Part shown: piece by piece, positions 28,947 to 41,269 of the stretch
Position numbering within the stretch: position 1 is the stretch's first letter
Layout: the number at the start of each line of letters is the position of its first letter
Source: Desulfurococcales archaeon
GTDB taxonomy: Archaea; Thermoproteota; Thermoprotei_A; Sulfolobales; NBVN01
Direction: 5' to 3'
Length of the DNA stretch: 57,499 nucleotides
Assembly (NCBI GenBank): GCA_015521295.1
Contig: WAOL01000065.1
Coordinates: forward strand, 1 to 57,499
The notes under the pieces: generated by a model
Told to the model about the DNA's origin: nothing
Databases searched by the model: none
Seen by the model: only the letters and a program-made list of their open reading frames with translations
Translations under genes and position numbers: made by a program

Positions 28947-31900
28947 ATGGCACAGGAAGTAAGTAGAAAGAATGATGATAGCGTGCTGACACCCGAGGAC
29001 CGTTGGGTGCTAATGCAAGCTTTCCTGCAGGAGAAGGGGCTGGTTAGGCAGCACCTTGACTCCTTCAATGCCTTCGTAACCTCATGGATTAAACGCATAG
29101 TTAAGGAATTCGGTCGAATAGAGACTAATCAAGCGGGCGTATACATAGAGATTCAAGACATAAAGATTGGTGAACCGCAGTTCCGTGAAGTCGAAGGGAA
29201 CATTGAACGCCTAACACCCATGATTGCTAGGATAAGAAACCTAACATATGCATCCCCCATGTGGTTAACGGTGGTGCTCTACGAAAACGGGATCGAGGTA
29301 GCTAGGCAGGAAATACCGCTTGGTAACCTACCCGTCATGGTTAGGTCAGTCCTTGACCCCACCTCAAGGATGAGCAAGGAGGAGCTAATACGTATAGGGG
29401 AGGACTGGAGAGATCCTGGAGGTTACTTCATAGTTAATGGTTCCGAGAAAGTGATAGTCACTCAGGAAGACCTAGCTCACAACAGAGTATTCGTGGATAT
29501 TTCTAAAGAGGGCTCGAACATCACGCACTCAGCTAAAGTAATCTCAGCATCGGCAGGGTACAGGGTACCAATAATCCTCGACAGGCATAAAGACGGTGTA
29601 TTAATGATTAACTTCCCGCCGATACCCACTAAGGTGCCGTTCGTTGTCATGATGCGTGCGCTGGGGTTAGAGAAAGACAGGGATATAGCCCTAGCGGTCT
29701 CGACCGACCCTGAGATACAGAACGAGCTAATACCCTCACTATATCACGCTAGGGAGATAAGAACCCAGGAGGATGCGTTAGACTTCATCGGTTCTAGGGT
29801 GGCGTTAGGTCAAGCGAGGGAAGCAAGGATTGAGAGGGCATTACAGATACTGGACAATTACTTCCTGCCACACCTAGGTACGACGCCTGAGGCTAGGCTA
29901 GCTAAGGCCCTTTACCTAGGGCAGATGGCGTGTAAGCTCCTGGAACTCGCGCTAGGGCGTAGGGAACCTGATGATAAGGATCACTATGCTAACAGGAGGC
30001 TTAGGTTGGCAGGCGATCTAATGGCACAGCTCTTCAGGGTCGCGCTCAAGCAGTTCATAAAGGACTTCAGATACCAAATCGAGAAGCACAGGCTCAAGGG
30101 AAGGAGACTCAACTTAAGAGCCCTAGCAAGACCCGACCTAGTTACAGACAGGATAAAGCACGCGCTAGCCACAGGTAACTGGGTAGGCGGAAGAACAGGC
30201 GTGAGCCAGATAATCGACAGGATGAACTGGGTCTCAATGCACAGTCACCTAAGGCGTACCGTAGCTCCCTTAAGCAGGGGACAACCTCACTTCGAGGCAC
30301 GTGACCTCCACCCAACGCAGTGGGGCAGGATATGCCCATTCGAGACCCCTGAAGGTCCTAACTGTGGCTTAGTCAAGAATTTAGCTCTAAGCGCGTACAT
30401 CTCGGTAGGCACCGACGAAAGAGCAGTCTTCGCCGTCCTGAAGGAGTTAGGCGTAGTCCCGGCAGTTGAGGTATATGAGCGACTAAGGAACGGCGACGTC
30501 AACCTCCTAACGAACCTATCACGCTACGCTAAGGTCTTCCTCAACGGAACCCTAGTTGGGTACTATCTGAAGGAGGACGCGTCGGACCTTGTCAAGAAAG
30601 TGCGTGAGTTAAGGAGGTCAGGAAGGCTACATCACGAGGTCAACATATCGTACCTCAAGACCGAGTACCTGAATGAGGTTTACGTCAACTGTGATCCCGG
30701 CCGTGTTAGGAGGCCGTTATTAATAGTAGAGAACGGTAAGCCAAAGATAACCAAGGAGATCATAGAGAAGCTTAAGAGTGGTGAGTTAAGGTTCTCCGAC
30801 CTAGTAAGGCTAGGTGTAGTGGAATACCTTGACGCAGAGGAGGAAGAGGACACATACATAGCGATAGACCCGAAGGATCTAACCCCGGAGCACACGCACC
30901 TAGAAATATGGCCGCCATCCATAGTCGGGATAGCGGCCGCAACAATACCTTACGCTGAGCATAACCAGTCACCCAGAAACGCGTATCAGTCAGCCATGGC
31001 TAAGCAGGCAGTAGGTCTCTACGCAGCCAACTTCCACTTGAGGTTTGACAGCCGTGGCCACTTCCTACACTACCCGCAGAGACCACTAGTCCAGACGAAG
31101 TTTCTGGACGTCACCGGATACAATGACAGGCCATCAGGGCAGAACTTCGTCGTCGCAGTACTTTCATTCACTGGCTACAACATGGAGGACGCCCTAATAA
31201 TGAATAAGTCATCCGTCGAGCGTGGCTTAGCCCGCTCAACATTCTTCCGTGAGTACAGCACAGAGGAATTAAGGTACGCTGGAGGGCAGAGGGACAGAAT
31301 AGAGATACCTGACCCCAGCGTCAGGGGATACAAGGGTAGGGACAACTACCTCCTCCTCGATAGTGACGGCATAATAAGCCCAGAGATTGAGGTGAACGCA
31401 GGTAACGTCCTAGTAGGTAAGACATCCCCACCTAGGTTCCTCGAGGAATACAAGGAGTTCGGCTTAACCGGCGTCTCGAGAAGAGACACATCAGTAACGC
31501 TAAGACACGGTGACAAGGGTGTAGTAGACAGCGTCGTCATAACCGTCAGCGGCGAGGGTAACAGATTAGTGAGAATAAAGGTAAGGGACCTAAGGATACC
31601 TGAGATAGGAGATAAGTTCGCATCAAGGCACGGACAGAAGGGTGTCATAGGTCTCCTAGTGCCTCAGTACGACATGCCCTACACACCAGACGGAATAACG
31701 CCCGACCTCATAATCAACCCGCACGCACTACCCTCACGAATGACTGTAGGACAGCTCATAGAAACCATAGCTGGTAAGGTCGCGGCCCTAGCTGGAAGAA
31801 GCGTTGACGGCACACCCTTCTACGGCGAGAAGGTCGAGGACCTGCAGAGGGAACTATTACTCCTTGGGTACCCAGCAGATGGTACTGAGCCAATGTACGA

Positions 31901-32354
31901 TGGCAGGACAGGCGAACTCATAATGACCCCGGTCTTCATAGGCATAGTATACTACCAGAGACTACACCACATGGTGACGGACAAGATACATGCTAGGGCA
32001 AGAGGCCCAGTACAGCTACTTACCAGGCAGCCAACTGAGGGCAGGGCAAGGGAAGGTGGTCTAAGGTTTGGTGAGATGGAGAGGGACTGTATCATTGGCC
32101 ACGGAGCCCCGATACTCCTCAGGGAGAGGCTTCTCGAGAACTCCGACAAGACCGTGATATACGTGTGCGAGGAGTGCGGCATGATAGGGTGGTACGACAG
32201 GCGCCGCGGTAAGTTAGTGTGCCCAATACACGGCGATAAAGGCAAGCTATACCCCGTAACAGTTTCGTATGCCTTCAAACTCCTCATACAGGAGATGATG
32301 AGCATGCTAATCTATCCCAAGCTAATACTTAAGGACAGGTTCGGAGGTGAGTAA
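28947..32354 (+). CDS. rpoB: RNA polymerase subunit B (Rpo2, unsplit)
   Basis: [36 protein letters not shown]. Confidence 0.99.
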   Translation: MAQEVSRKNDDSVLTPEDRWVLMQAFLQEKGLVRQHLDSFNAFVTSWIKRIVKEFGRIETNQAGVYIEIQDIKIGEPQFREVEGNIERLTPMIARIRNLTYASPMWLTVVLYENGIEVARQEIPLGNLPVMVRSVLDPTSRMSKEELIRIGEDWRDPGGYFIVNGSEKVIVTQEDLAHNRVFVDISKEGSNITHSAKVISASAGYRVPIILDRHKDGVLMINFPPIPTKVPFVVMMRALGLEKDRDIALAVSTDPEIQNELIPSLYHAREIRTQEDALDFIGSRVALGQAREARIERALQILDNYFLPHLGTTPEARLAKALYLGQMACKLLELALGRREPDDKDHYANRRLRLAGDLMAQLFRVALKQFIKDFRYQIEKHRLKGRRLNLRALARPDLVTDRIKHALATGNWVGGRTGVSQIIDRMNWVSMHSHLRRTVAPLSRGQPHFEARDLHPTQWGRICPFETPEGPNCGLVKNLALSAYISVGTDERAVFAVLKELGVVPAVEVYERLRNGDVNLLTNLSRYAKVFLNGTLVGYYLKEDASDLVKKVRELRRSGRLHHEVNISYLKTEYLNEVYVNCDPGRVRRPLLIVENGKPKITKEIIEKLKSGELRFSDLVRLGVVEYLDAEEEEDTYIAIDPKDLTPEHTHLEIWPPSIVGIAAATIPYAEHNQSPRNAYQSAMAKQAVGLYAANFHLRFDSRGHFLHYPQRPLVQTKFLDVTGYNDRPSGQNFVVAVLSFTGYNMEDALIMNKSSVERGLARSTFFREYSTEELRYAGGQRDRIEIPDPSVRGYKGRDNYLLLDSDGIISPEIEVNAGNVLVGKTSPPRFLEEYKEFGLTGVSRRDTSVTLRHGDKGVVDSVVITVSGEGNRLVRIKVRDLRIPEIGDKFASRHGQKGVIGLLVPQYDMPYTPDGITPDLIINPHALPSRMTVGQLIETIAGKVAALAGRSVDGTPFYGEKVEDLQRELLLLGYPADGTEPMYDGRTGELIMTPVFIGIVYYQRLHHMVTDKIHARARGPVQLLTRQPTEGRAREGGLRFGEMERDCIIGHGAPILLRERLLENSDKTVIYVCEECGMIGWYDRRRGKLVCPIHGDKGKLYPVTVSYAFKLLIQEMMSMLIYPKLILKDRFGGE

Positions 32355-32359
32355 CGGTA

Positions 32360-34999
32360 ATGAAGGAAGAGAAGGTCATAGGGGCCATTAAGTTCGGGAT
32401 ACTATCCCCAGACCTCATAAGGAAGATGTCAGCAACAGCCATAGTTACTTCAGAGGTTTACGATGAGAACGGACTGCCCGTAGAAGGAGGCGTCATGGAT
32501 CCGAGGTTAGGTGTCATAGAGCCAGGACAGAGGTGTGCCACCTGTGGCAACACCCTAGCAAGGTGTCCAGGTCATTTCGGCCACCTTGAGCTCGCGAGAC
32601 CGGTAATCCACATAGGGTTCGTCAAGCACATATACGACCTCTTGAGAGCCACGTGCAGGAAGTGTGGGCACTTAAAGATACCTAAGGACGAGATAGACAA
32701 GTACTTGAACCTGTACGAAAGGCTAAAGGACAAGTGGCCGCAACTAGCCCGCAGCCTCTCAGAGTTCGTCAAGCGCAAAGCAATAAAGAATATGGAGTGC
32801 CCTCACTGCCACGCCAAGCAATACAAGATCAGGTTGGAGAAGCCCACAACATTCATTGAGGAGGGACCGCTAGGCAGGCTCTGGCCAAATAAGATCTTCA
32901 ACTGGCTTGACCAAATCCCCAGCGACCACCTACGCCTCCTCGGATACGACCCCAACTTCTCCCACCCGAAGTGGATGGTCATTCGCGTCCTTCCTGTCCC
33001 ACCGATCTGTGTGAGACCTTCAATACTTCTCGAGACCGGCATCAGGTCCGAGGACGACCTCACTCACAAGCTAGTGGATATTGTCAGAACTAACGAGAAG
33101 CTAAGGGAAAGCATAGCGTCTGGCGCGCCTGAAGTCATAGTCGAGGACCTCTGGGAACTCCTCCAGTACCACATAACTACGTACATAGACAACGAAGTGC
33201 CTGGTGTGCCGCCTGCAAGAAGGCGCTCCGGAATGCCGCTAAGAACCTTGGCGCAGAGGCTGAAGGGTAAGGAAGGCAGGTTCAGAGGGAACCTATCAGG
33301 CAAGAGAGTAGATTTCTCCGCCAGAACAGTGATTAGCCCGGACCCATACATAAGTATAAACGAGGTAGGTGTCCCCATAGAGATCGCTAAGACTGTGACG
33401 GTTCCTGTCAGAGTGACGCCATGGAACATTGACGAGATAAGGAAGTACGTCCTCAACGGCCCCAACAAGTATCCCGGCGCAAACTACGTTATAGACCCTA
33501 CAGGGAGGAGAATAGACTTAAGGTTTATCAGGGATCTGAAGGCAGTTGCCGAAAGCCTCAAGCCCGGCTACGTGGTTGAGAGACACTTAATTGACGGCGA
33601 CATAGTGTTGTTCAACAGGCAACCATCACTTCACAGGATGTCCATAATGGGTCACATAGTTAGGGTCCTGCCAGGCAGGACCTTCAGGCTCCACCTAGCT
33701 GTGTGCCCGCCATACAACGCGGATTTCGACGGAGACGAGATGAACCTCCACGTACCTCAGAACATCGAGGCTAGGGCGGAGGCTAAGACGTTACTTCTGG
33801 TGCAAGAGCACATCCTGAGCCCCAGGTACGGAGGCCCAATAATAGGGGGTATCCAGGACTACATCAGTGGCGCTTACCTACTCTCATCCAAGGTGACGTT
33901 GCTAACGCAGGATCAGGTCTCGGACCTGCTGGCAAGCATTAACTACGACGGTGAGATTCCAGAACCTGCCGTACTCTCCCCGAAGCGGGTGTGGACCGGT
34001 AAGCAAATAATAAGCCTGCTCCTACCGGAGAACTTTAACTTCTCAAAGGAAGCTAAGATCTCAAGCGGTGTCCTCAAGTGCACGGATGAGGAGTGCTTCT
34101 GGGACTCATACTTAGTTGTCAAGAAGGGCAAGTTACTCCTAGGAGTTCTCGATAAGGCAGCAATAGGTGCGCAGCAACCTGAATCAATGCTTCACTTCCT
34201 CGTTAGGGAATACGGGAACACGTTCGGCAAGGAGTTCATGGACAGGGCGTTCAAGCTATTTCTAAGATTCATTGAGATGCGGGGCTTCACGATGGCGCTC
34301 ACCGACATAATGATACCTGAGCAGGCTTACGAGGAGATCAAGGAGGTCGTTGAGGAGGCTAAGAAGGAGATCGAGGAACTAATAAAGATGTATAGGGAAG
34401 GGAAGCTTGAATCTATGCCTGGAAGGACGCTTGAGGAAACACTGGAGATCAAGATTCTCGATGTCCTCTCGAAAGCAAGAGACAAGGCAGGTGAAAGGGC
34501 TGTTAAGTACCTAGATCCATTCAACAATGTCTTCATAATGGCTAAGACTGGTGCTAGGGGAAGCGCATTAAACATAACGCAGATGACCGCCATGCTAGGC
34601 CAGCAGTCAGTACGTGGTCAGAGAATCTCCAGAGGCTACAGAGGGAGGACGTTACCACACTTCAAGCGCGGTGATATAGGTCCGGAGGCAAGGGGCTTCG
34701 TAGCGAGCTCATTCGTCAAAGGACTAAGCCCCATAGAGATGTTCTTCCACGCCGCCGGAGGTAGGGAAGGTCTGGTGGACACTGCTGTCAGAACATCGCA
34801 GAGCGGCTACATGCAGCGCCGACTCATAAATTCACTCATAGACCTAGTCGTCGAGTACGACGGAACCGTAAGGAGCGCGTACGGTGAGCTAGTACAGTTC
34901 AAGTACGGTGAGGACGGTGTTGACCCGAAGAACACATCCTTCGGCAAGGCAGTCAACGTAGAGAGAATCATTGAGAAGCATGTGGGGTGGAAGAAATGA
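32360..34999 (+). CDS. rpoA1: RNA polymerase subunit A' (Rpo1N)
   Basis: [32 protein letters not shown]. Confidence 0.99.
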   Translation: MKEEKVIGAIKFGILSPDLIRKMSATAIVTSEVYDENGLPVEGGVMDPRLGVIEPGQRCATCGNTLARCPGHFGHLELARPVIHIGFVKHIYDLLRATCRKCGHLKIPKDEIDKYLNLYERLKDKWPQLARSLSEFVKRKAIKNMECPHCHAKQYKIRLEKPTTFIEEGPLGRLWPNKIFNWLDQIPSDHLRLLGYDPNFSHPKWMVIRVLPVPPICVRPSILLETGIRSEDDLTHKLVDIVRTNEKLRESIASGAPEVIVEDLWELLQYHITTYIDNEVPGVPPARRRSGMPLRTLAQRLKGKEGRFRGNLSGKRVDFSARTVISPDPYISINEVGVPIEIAKTVTVPVRVTPWNIDEIRKYVLNGPNKYPGANYVIDPTGRRIDLRFIRDLKAVAESLKPGYVVERHLIDGDIVLFNRQPSLHRMSIMGHIVRVLPGRTFRLHLAVCPPYNADFDGDEMNLHVPQNIEARAEAKTLLLVQEHILSPRYGGPIIGGIQDYISGAYLLSSKVTLLTQDQVSDLLASINYDGEIPEPAVLSPKRVWTGKQIISLLLPENFNFSKEAKISSGVLKCTDEECFWDSYLVVKKGKLLLGVLDKAAIGAQQPESMLHFLVREYGNTFGKEFMDRAFKLFLRFIEMRGFTMALTDIMIPEQAYEEIKEVVEEAKKEIEELIKMYREGKLESMPGRTLEETLEIKILDVLSKARDKAGERAVKYLDPFNNVFIMAKTGARGSALNITQMTAMLGQQSVRGQRISRGYRGRTLPHFKRGDIGPEARGFVASSFVKGLSPIEMFFHAAGGREGLVDTAVRTSQSGYMQRRLINSLIDLVVEYDGTVRSAYGELVQFKYGEDGVDPKNTSFGKAVNVERIIEKHVGWKK

Positions 35000-36453
35000 C
35001 AGGTAAGAAGACAAGCAAGAGGAAAAAGAAGACCGAGACTGAAGCAAAGAGAGCTAAGACGGAGGAAATCCTAGAGGAGATAACGCGGCCAGATAAACTA
35101 GTCGAGCGCGTGATGAAGTTAACGAGGAGGAAAATACCAGAGGAACTCAGGGAAGAGATACGCAAGGCCCTCTTAAGGGAAGTCTTGGACTACGGTGTCG
35201 AAGACGAAGACGCGTTAAAGGAGAAGCTTAACGAATTCATTGATAAGGCCAAGAAGATCATCGCGATTTCAGAGGTAGCTAAGGAGGTGCTTCCGGAGGG
35301 TATTTACCTTGAGTTAGTAACGTCTTTATTCAGAGTTAATGCAAGGGTAAAGTTAAACGACGATGAATTAAGGATAATTCGCGACGATGTGATAAGGACA
35401 TACCTGAGAGCCATAGTTGATCCGGGAGAGCCTGTAGGGACTGTTGCTGCACAATCGATAGGTGAGCCCGGCACGCAGATGACTCTGAGAACCTTTCACT
35501 ACGCAGGTGTTAAGGAGTTAAACGTAACCTTAGGTCTCCCCAGGTTAATAGAGTTAGTTGACGCAAGGAAAACGCCTGAAACACCGATGATGGAGATACA
35601 CCTAGATGAGGAGCATAAGTATGACAGGGAGAAGGCAATAGAGGTTGCTAGAAGGATAGAGATGACCCGCATAGAGAATGTAGTGGACGTCGTCGACATA
35701 TCCATTGCTACCAAGCAACTGGTGATTAAGCTGGACCCTGTCATGCTTCAAGATAAGGGTCTTACGAGGGACGACATAATACGGGTGCTTTCCAAGAGCA
35801 AGTCCCTAGCAGGTAAGGTGAATCCGGATCCGGACGATCCGCATACCATAATAATTGACATGCCTACGAAGGACCCCATAAAAGCGCAGAAATTCAGGGA
35901 CAGGATACTTAGGATGAAGCTCAAGGGGATAAAAGACATTAAGAAGGTCATACCGCAAAAACGGAAAGACCCGGAAACGGGGAAGGAATACTACGTCCTA
36001 ATAACCGACGGAACTAACCTAGCGGCCGTAATGAAGGTAGAGGGTGTTGACCCAACCCGTACGAGGTCCAATAGCATTCACGAAATAGAAAACGTCCTCG
36101 GGATCGAGGCGGCTAGGGAAGCCCTCGTCAGGGAAATAAAGAACACGCTGGATGAGCAAGGTCTTGACGTGGACATACGCCACATAATGTTACTAGCGGA
36201 CATGATGACTAGGACAGGAGTTGTTAGGCAAATAGGTAGGCATGGAGTTGCTGGCGAGAAGCCCAGCGTCCTAGCCAGAGCTGCCTTCGAGGTCACTGTG
36301 AAGCACCTATTCGACGCCAGCGCACGCGGCGAGGTAGACTTAATTCGTGGCGTGACGGAGAACGTAATTATAGGTCAGCTAGCTCCCGTAGGAACTGCGA
36401 AAGTACAGCTTAAAATGGACCCAACTAAAATAAAACCCTTGAGTAAGAGGTAG
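34996..36453 (+). CDS. rpoA2: RNA polymerase subunit A'' (Rpo1C) with long N-terminal extension
   Basis: [37 protein letters not shown] overlap with rpoA1. Confidence 0.98.
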   Translation: MTGKKTSKRKKKTETEAKRAKTEEILEEITRPDKLVERVMKLTRRKIPEELREEIRKALLREVLDYGVEDEDALKEKLNEFIDKAKKIIAISEVAKEVLPEGIYLELVTSLFRVNARVKLNDDELRIIRDDVIRTYLRAIVDPGEPVGTVAAQSIGEPGTQMTLRTFHYAGVKELNVTLGLPRLIELVDARKTPETPMMEIHLDEEHKYDREKAIEVARRIEMTRIENVVDVVDISIATKQLVIKLDPVMLQDKGLTRDDIIRVLSKSKSLAGKVNPDPDDPHTIIIDMPTKDPIKAQKFRDRILRMKLKGIKDIKKVIPQKRKDPETGKEYYVLITDGTNLAAVMKVEGVDPTRTRSNSIHEIENVLGIEAAREALVREIKNTLDEQGLDVDIRHIMLLADMMTRTGVVRQIGRHGVAGEKPSVLARAAFEVTVKHLFDASARGEVDLIRGVTENVIIGQLAPVGTAKVQLKMDPTKIKPLSKR

Positions 36454-36469
36454 GGGGAGGTGAGGAAGA

Positions 36470-36778
36470 GTGCCTAGGGCGTCCTCGTTGGATAATGAAC
36501 TGAGGCGTCTCCTAAAGACCGGGAAGGTCGTGATAGGTGCTAAGAGGTCTTTGGACGCGATAAAGCTAGGTAAAGCTAAAGGAGTCGTTTTAGCTACGAA
36601 GCTACCGAAGTATATTGAAGACGACGTCCTCTACTATGCCAAGCTTAGCGGCATTAAAGTCATTAGGTTCCCAGGCAGTAGTTATGAATTGGGGACGGCG
36701 GTGGGTAAGCCGTTCCCAATAACAACCATAGCGATAATAGACCCAGGCGACTCAAACCTGCTGGAAGAGGGTGAGTGA
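36470..36778 (+). CDS. rpl30e: 50S ribosomal protein L30e
   Basis: KTGKVVIG, ELGTAVGKPF, IIDPGDS. Confidence 0.97.
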   Translation: MPRASSLDNELRRLLKTGKVVIGAKRSLDAIKLGKAKGVVLATKLPKYIEDDVLYYAKLSGIKVIRFPGSSYELGTAVGKPFPITTIAIIDPGDSNLLEEGE

Positions 36779-37214
36779 AGGTTTGCCAGTAAAGTTAACG
36801 GCAGAGGAGTTAAGGTACATTGCGTTGCTGAGTGATATCACGGGAGTATCTGCTAAGGACTGTATAATCGACGATGGTACTGGGACCATAGTATTCGTTG
36901 TCCCACCAGGTCAGGCAGGCTTAGCTGTCGGTGCTAAGGGCAGGAACGTGAAGAGATTATCTAAAATCCTAGGGAGGAGAGTAGAGATAGTTGAGTGGGC
37001 AGATACGCTGGAGGACTTCGTCAAGAACATATTCCTGCCAGCTAGGGTTCTCGGCATAAGACTTAACAAGATGCCCGACGGGAGGAAGGTACTGTACGTT
37101 AGGGTAGCGCCTGAGGACAGGGGAATAGCAATAGGTAGGGGAGGAAGGAACGTCGCTAAAGCGAAGTTAATTCTGAAGAGGTACTACGACATAGACGTTG
37201 TTTCTGTCGCGTGA
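36771..37214 (+). CDS. nusA: Archaeal NusA (two KH domains)
   Basis: AVGAKGRNV and AIGRGGRNV GxxG loops; operon position. Confidence 0.95.
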   Translation: MSEGLPVKLTAEELRYIALLSDITGVSAKDCIIDDGTGTIVFVVPPGQAGLAVGAKGRNVKRLSKILGRRVEIVEWADTLEDFVKNIFLPARVLGIRLNKMPDGRKVLYVRVAPEDRGIAIGRGGRNVAKAKLILKRYYDIDVVSVA

Positions 37215-37278
37215 GTAATGCGAGTAAACGCTTATAAGGAAATGAAAGGTAACCCCTACTAGGCATGGAGGTGTCGGT

Positions 37279-37722
37279 ATGCCTGGCAAGAAATCACCCT
37301 ATGGCCTCTACGCGGCGAGGAAGTTAAGGCAGAAGAGACTGAAGTTTAGGTGGAGCCAGAAGGAGTTCAGGATAAGGATGCTTAGGCTTAAGGAGAAGCA
37401 CGACCCCCTCGGCGGTGCCCCAATGGCTAGGGGAATAGTGCTCGAGAAAGTAGGTGTCGAGGCTAGACAGCCTAACTCAGCTCTCAGGAAGTGTGTTAGG
37501 GTGCAGTTAGTGAAGAACGGGAAAGTGGTCACGGCATTCGTCCCTTATGACGGTGGTGTGACGTTCATTGACGAGCACGACGAAGTAATAATAGCGGGCA
37601 TAGGTGGTAGCCAAGGTAAGTCCCTCGGCGACCTACCCGGAGTCAGGTATAAGGTAATAATGGTCAACGGTGTCTCACTAGACGCCTTAATTAAAGGCAA
37701 GAAGCAGAAGCCAGTGCGCTAA
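37279..37722 (+). CDS. rps12: 30S ribosomal protein S12
   Basis: [26 protein letters not shown]. Confidence 0.98.
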   Translation: MPGKKSPYGLYAARKLRQKRLKFRWSQKEFRIRMLRLKEKHDPLGGAPMARGIVLEKVGVEARQPNSALRKCVRVQLVKNGKVVTAFVPYDGGVTFIDEHDEVIIAGIGGSQGKSLGDLPGVRYKVIMVNGVSLDALIKGKKQKPVR

Positions 37723-37822
37723 TACTTAAGCATAGCAACCCACACTCTTAGCTCCCTCCAAACGATTTCCTAGCTTTAGCTTAAGTCAAGGCCACTTTAC
37801 AGAGATCCCTGCCGCACCTATG

Positions 37823-38347
37823 CTAGAATTCATCTTCAAACTCATCATAGAACTCGTCTTCTTCGCCAATGCTTTCAAGTTCCTGCGAAATCCTTACTAT
37901 TTCCTCCGTGACGTATATGGGTTTATTGAAGAGCATCGCGAGGAATATTGCGTGGCTAGGAATTAACGTGTACTTAACCTTGATTCCGTCAGCGTTTAGG
38001 TAAAGGCTGGCACTGTATGTTGCGTTCTTCTCGTTATACCCGTCTATCACCACCATTTCTATAGATTCTCCAAGGCCACGGAGTTTTGGTGCCATCATTA
38101 TCAGTAATTCGTAAATACTATCTCTAAAGTCTTGGGCAGCCTCAATTACCTCCTCCATCGCTTTGAGCCTAGCTATGGCTCTAGCCACTTCCAGCGGTAC
38201 GTAGTATAGGACAACACTGCCTCCACGCTCTAGGTAACACGTGAGTGCCCCGCTCATGAAATCGTCTGCCTCAGTAACGAAGGGTTCCACATCCGTTACC
38301 CTTACAAGGTTACCCCCTGCTTCATCAGCCCACATGACATCGCACAC
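37823..38347 (-). CDS. Bifunctional-nuclease (DUF151)-like protein
   Basis: R.SIYELL...V.ID......YSA.L...PSHAI.LA.....PIYV. Confidence 0.75.
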   Translation of the reverse strand: MCDVMWADEAGGNLVRVTDVEPFVTEADDFMSGALTCYLERGGSVVLYYVPLEVARAIARLKAMEEVIEAAQDFRDSIYELLIMMAPKLRGLGESIEMVVIDGYNEKNATYSASLYLNADGIKVKYTLIPSHAIFLAMLFNKPIYVTEEIVRISQELESIGEEDEFYDEFEDEF

Positions 38348-38443
38348 TCCGATTAGAATTCAATAGCCTCTCTCTGTGCTTCGTGTCACACTTAAAATCT
38401 TTTAAAGCTCTGCAGAGGAATTGCCTAGGGTTGAGTGGTAACC

Positions 38444-39037
38444 ATGAGTGCGGGTGAGTACGCTACAAGAACTATTGAGATAAAGCTCTTCGGTAAGTGG
38501 AATTTCGAGGGTGTGGTGGTTAGGGACCCGAGCCTCAAGAAGTACATATCGTTGAGGCCAGTGTACCTACCCCACACTGGCGGGAGGCATGAGCACAGGA
38601 GGTTCGGTAAGGCTGAGGTACCCATCGTTGAGCGCCTGATAAACAACCTCATGAGACATGGAAGGAACGCTGGTAAGAAGCACCTAGCCTACAACATAGT
38701 GAAGCGTGCCTTTGAAATAATCCACATTAAGACAGGGGAGAACCCGATACAGGTGCTGGTTAGGGCAATAGAGAACGCTGCCCCTAGGGAGGAAACCACA
38801 AGGATAATGTACGGCGGCATCATTTATCATGTCGCCGTGGACGTTGCTCCTTTAAGGCGTGTTGACCTAGCTCTCAGGCACCTCACTGAGGGGGCTAGGA
38901 ATGCGGCCTTCAGGTCTCCGAAGAGTATTGCCGAGTGCTTAGCTGATGAGATCATAAACGCTGCCAACAACGATCCGAGGAGCTATGCCGTCGCGAGAAA
39001 AGAGGAGATAGAGAGGATAGCCCTAAGCTCCAGGTAA
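38444..39037 (+). CDS. rps7: 30S ribosomal protein S7
   Basis: [30 protein letters not shown]. Confidence 0.98.
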   Translation: MSAGEYATRTIEIKLFGKWNFEGVVVRDPSLKKYISLRPVYLPHTGGRHEHRRFGKAEVPIVERLINNLMRHGRNAGKKHLAYNIVKRAFEIIHIKTGENPIQVLVRAIENAAPREETTRIMYGGIIYHVAVDVAPLRRVDLALRHLTEGARNAAFRSPKSIAECLADEIINAANNDPRSYAVARKEEIERIALSSR

Positions 39038-39116
39038 GGCGGTTTTCAACTCTCATTAAAAAACTTTTATAAGGTACTCGCCATAACTACTTGATGCCGT
39101 GTAGGGGTGATGCGTA

Positions 39117-40436
39117 ATGAGCAAGCCAAAGAAGGAACACCTAAATCTGGTCGTCATAGGACACGTCGACCATGGTAAGAGTACTCTAGTAGGTCACCTG
39201 CTGCTAAAGCTAGGTGCGTTAGACCCTAAGATGGTTAAGGAAGTAGAGGAGGAAGCCAAGAAGAGGGGCAAGGAATCAGAAAAGTATGCATGGTTCCTTG
39301 ACAGGCTCAAGGAGGAGCGTGACAGAGGCGTAACCATCGCGCTAACCTTCATGAAGTTCGAGACACCAAAGTACTACTGGACCATCATCGACGCCCCCGG
39401 CCACAGAGACTTCATCAAGAACATGATCACCGGAACCAGCCAGGCTGACGTAGCACTACTCGTGGTCTCCGCCAAGACCGGTGAGTTCGAGGCTGGCATG
39501 AGCAGGGAAGGCCAGACAATGGAGCACATCGTGCTGGCTAGGACCATGGGTATTGACCAGATGATCGTTGCCATTACTAAGATGGACATCACTGATCCGC
39601 CATGGAGCCAGGAGAGGTACAACAAGGTAGTGACGATCCTTAAGAACTTCATGAAGAAGCTCGGCTACAAGGTCGATAAGATACCCTTCGTACCTGTCTC
39701 CGGCTGGACTGGCGACAACATCATCGAGAAGTCACCGAACATGCCTTGGTACAAGGGCCCGACCCTCGTGGAGGCCCTTGACTCAGTAACTCCGCCACCA
39801 AAGCCCATTGACAAGCCGCTCAGGATCCCGATACAGGAGGTCTACAGTATCTCCGGCGTAGGCACAGTTCCTGTCGGTAGGGTAGAGACCGGCAAGCTGA
39901 AAGTCGGTGACAAGGTAGTCTTCATGCCTCCAGGTGTCGTCGGCGAGGTCAGGTCAATCGAGATGCACCACGAGAAGCTCCAAGAGGCCATACCCGGCGA
40001 CAACATAGGCTTCAACGTCAGAGGTGTCGCTAAGAACCAGATTAGGAGAGGTGATGTGGCGGGCCACCTAGACAACCCACCGACCGTAGTGGACGAGTTC
40101 ACCGCTAGGGTCTACGTCGTATGGCACCCAACAGCGATCCACGTAGGCTACAGCCCGGTGATCCACGCCCACACAGCCTCAATAGCGTCCAGGATCATTG
40201 AGATACCCGGCAAGCTAGACCCGAAGACTGGTAAGATAGCTGAGAAGAACCCGCAATTTGTGAGGCCGGGTGAGTCAGCAATCATAAAGTTCAAGCCGAT
40301 AAAGCCGATGGTGCTGGAGAAGTACTCAGAGTTCCCGCAACTCGGCAGGTTCGCCATGAGGGACATGGGTAAGACCATCGGCATCGGCATCGTAATGGAT
40401 GTTAAGCCTAGGGCCGTAGAGATTAGGAAGAAGTAA
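39117..40436 (+). CDS. tuf: Elongation factor 1-alpha
   Basis: GHVDHGKST, DAPGHRDF, GRFAMRDMG. Confidence 0.99.
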   Translation: MSKPKKEHLNLVVIGHVDHGKSTLVGHLLLKLGALDPKMVKEVEEEAKKRGKESEKYAWFLDRLKEERDRGVTIALTFMKFETPKYYWTIIDAPGHRDFIKNMITGTSQADVALLVVSAKTGEFEAGMSREGQTMEHIVLARTMGIDQMIVAITKMDITDPPWSQERYNKVVTILKNFMKKLGYKVDKIPFVPVSGWTGDNIIEKSPNMPWYKGPTLVEALDSVTPPPKPIDKPLRIPIQEVYSISGVGTVPVGRVETGKLKVGDKVVFMPPGVVGEVRSIEMHHEKLQEAIPGDNIGFNVRGVAKNQIRRGDVAGHLDNPPTVVDEFTARVYVVWHPTAIHVGYSPVIHAHTASIASRIIEIPGKLDPKTGKIAEKNPQFVRPGESAIIKFKPIKPMVLEKYSEFPQLGRFAMRDMGKTIGIGIVMDVKPRAVEIRKK

Positions 40437-40482
40437 AAGCCTTTTAACTAACCAACCTCACAAACCTTAAGGGTATGCCGCC

Positions 40483-40794
40483 ATGACAAGCAAAGTAAGG
40501 ATCAGGCTGTGGAGCACTAACGTCCAGCACCTAACTGCTGTAGCGGAGCAGCTAGTAAGCATAGCAAAGAAAGCAGGCGTCGAGGTAAGGGGCCCCGTCC
40601 CCCTACCAGTTAAGAGGTTAGTAGTCCCAGTGCTGAGGCTGCCGCACGGTGAAGGCACTAAAGTCTACGAGAAATGGGAGATGAGGATACATAAGCGCCT
40701 CATAGACATAGCGGCCGACGAGAAAGTAATGAGACAAATAATGAGGGTAAGGGTACCGGACGACGTATACATAGAGTTAGAACTTTTAAGGTAA
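40483..40794 (+). CDS. rps10: 30S ribosomal protein S10
   Basis: [17 protein letters not shown]. Confidence 0.98.
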   Translation: MTSKVRIRLWSTNVQHLTAVAEQLVSIAKKAGVEVRGPVPLPVKRLVVPVLRLPHGEGTKVYEKWEMRIHKRLIDIAADEKVMRQIMRVRVPDDVYIELELLR

Positions 40795-40883
40795 GAGAAA
40801 ACCCTAAATTATTTCTGGTAAGCAGAACAACTTCCTTAACGAACCCCATGCTTTAAAACCACACAATAAACAACTTACTTGGA

Positions 40884-40971
40884 GCCGGGGTGCCCGAGCG
40901 GCCCAAGGGGCCGGCCTGGAGAGCCGGTGGGCTACGCGCCCACGCGGGTTCAAATCCCGCCCCCGGCGCCA
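40884..40971 (+). tRNA. tRNA-Ser(GGA); CCA encoded
   Basis: GCCGGGG acceptor stem, CCGGC-CU-GGA-GA-GCCGG anticodon arm, long variable arm, GGGTTCAAATCCC. Confidence 0.97.
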
Positions 40972-41086
40972 CCTCAACTATGCTCATACTAGGTTATTTC
41001 TTGTCTTATTGATTTGGGTTAACTTCAGCTCTACACGGGTTAAGGAGAATAGGGGGGTGACGCAGGGTTATCTTAGGGCATTATCG

Positions 41087-41135
41087 ATGATGAGCCCGTA
41101 AAGTAGTGATGGATGATCGCGGAGTTTTCGGCTGA
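41087..41135 (+). ncRNA. Box C/D guide sRNA
   Basis: C ATGATGA, 12-nt guide, D' GTGA, C' TGGATGA, guide, D CTGA 41132. Confidence 0.8.
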
Positions 41136-41269
41136 GAATTTCCTTAGTTGTCCGTTAATCCTCATGTGCTACATGATCAACTTAACTAATCGTGTTCCGG
41201 CTTAGATGGCATGATTGCAAAGGATTAACTAAAAAGGTGTGTCATGGTATTCGTAACTAGTGATGCGAA

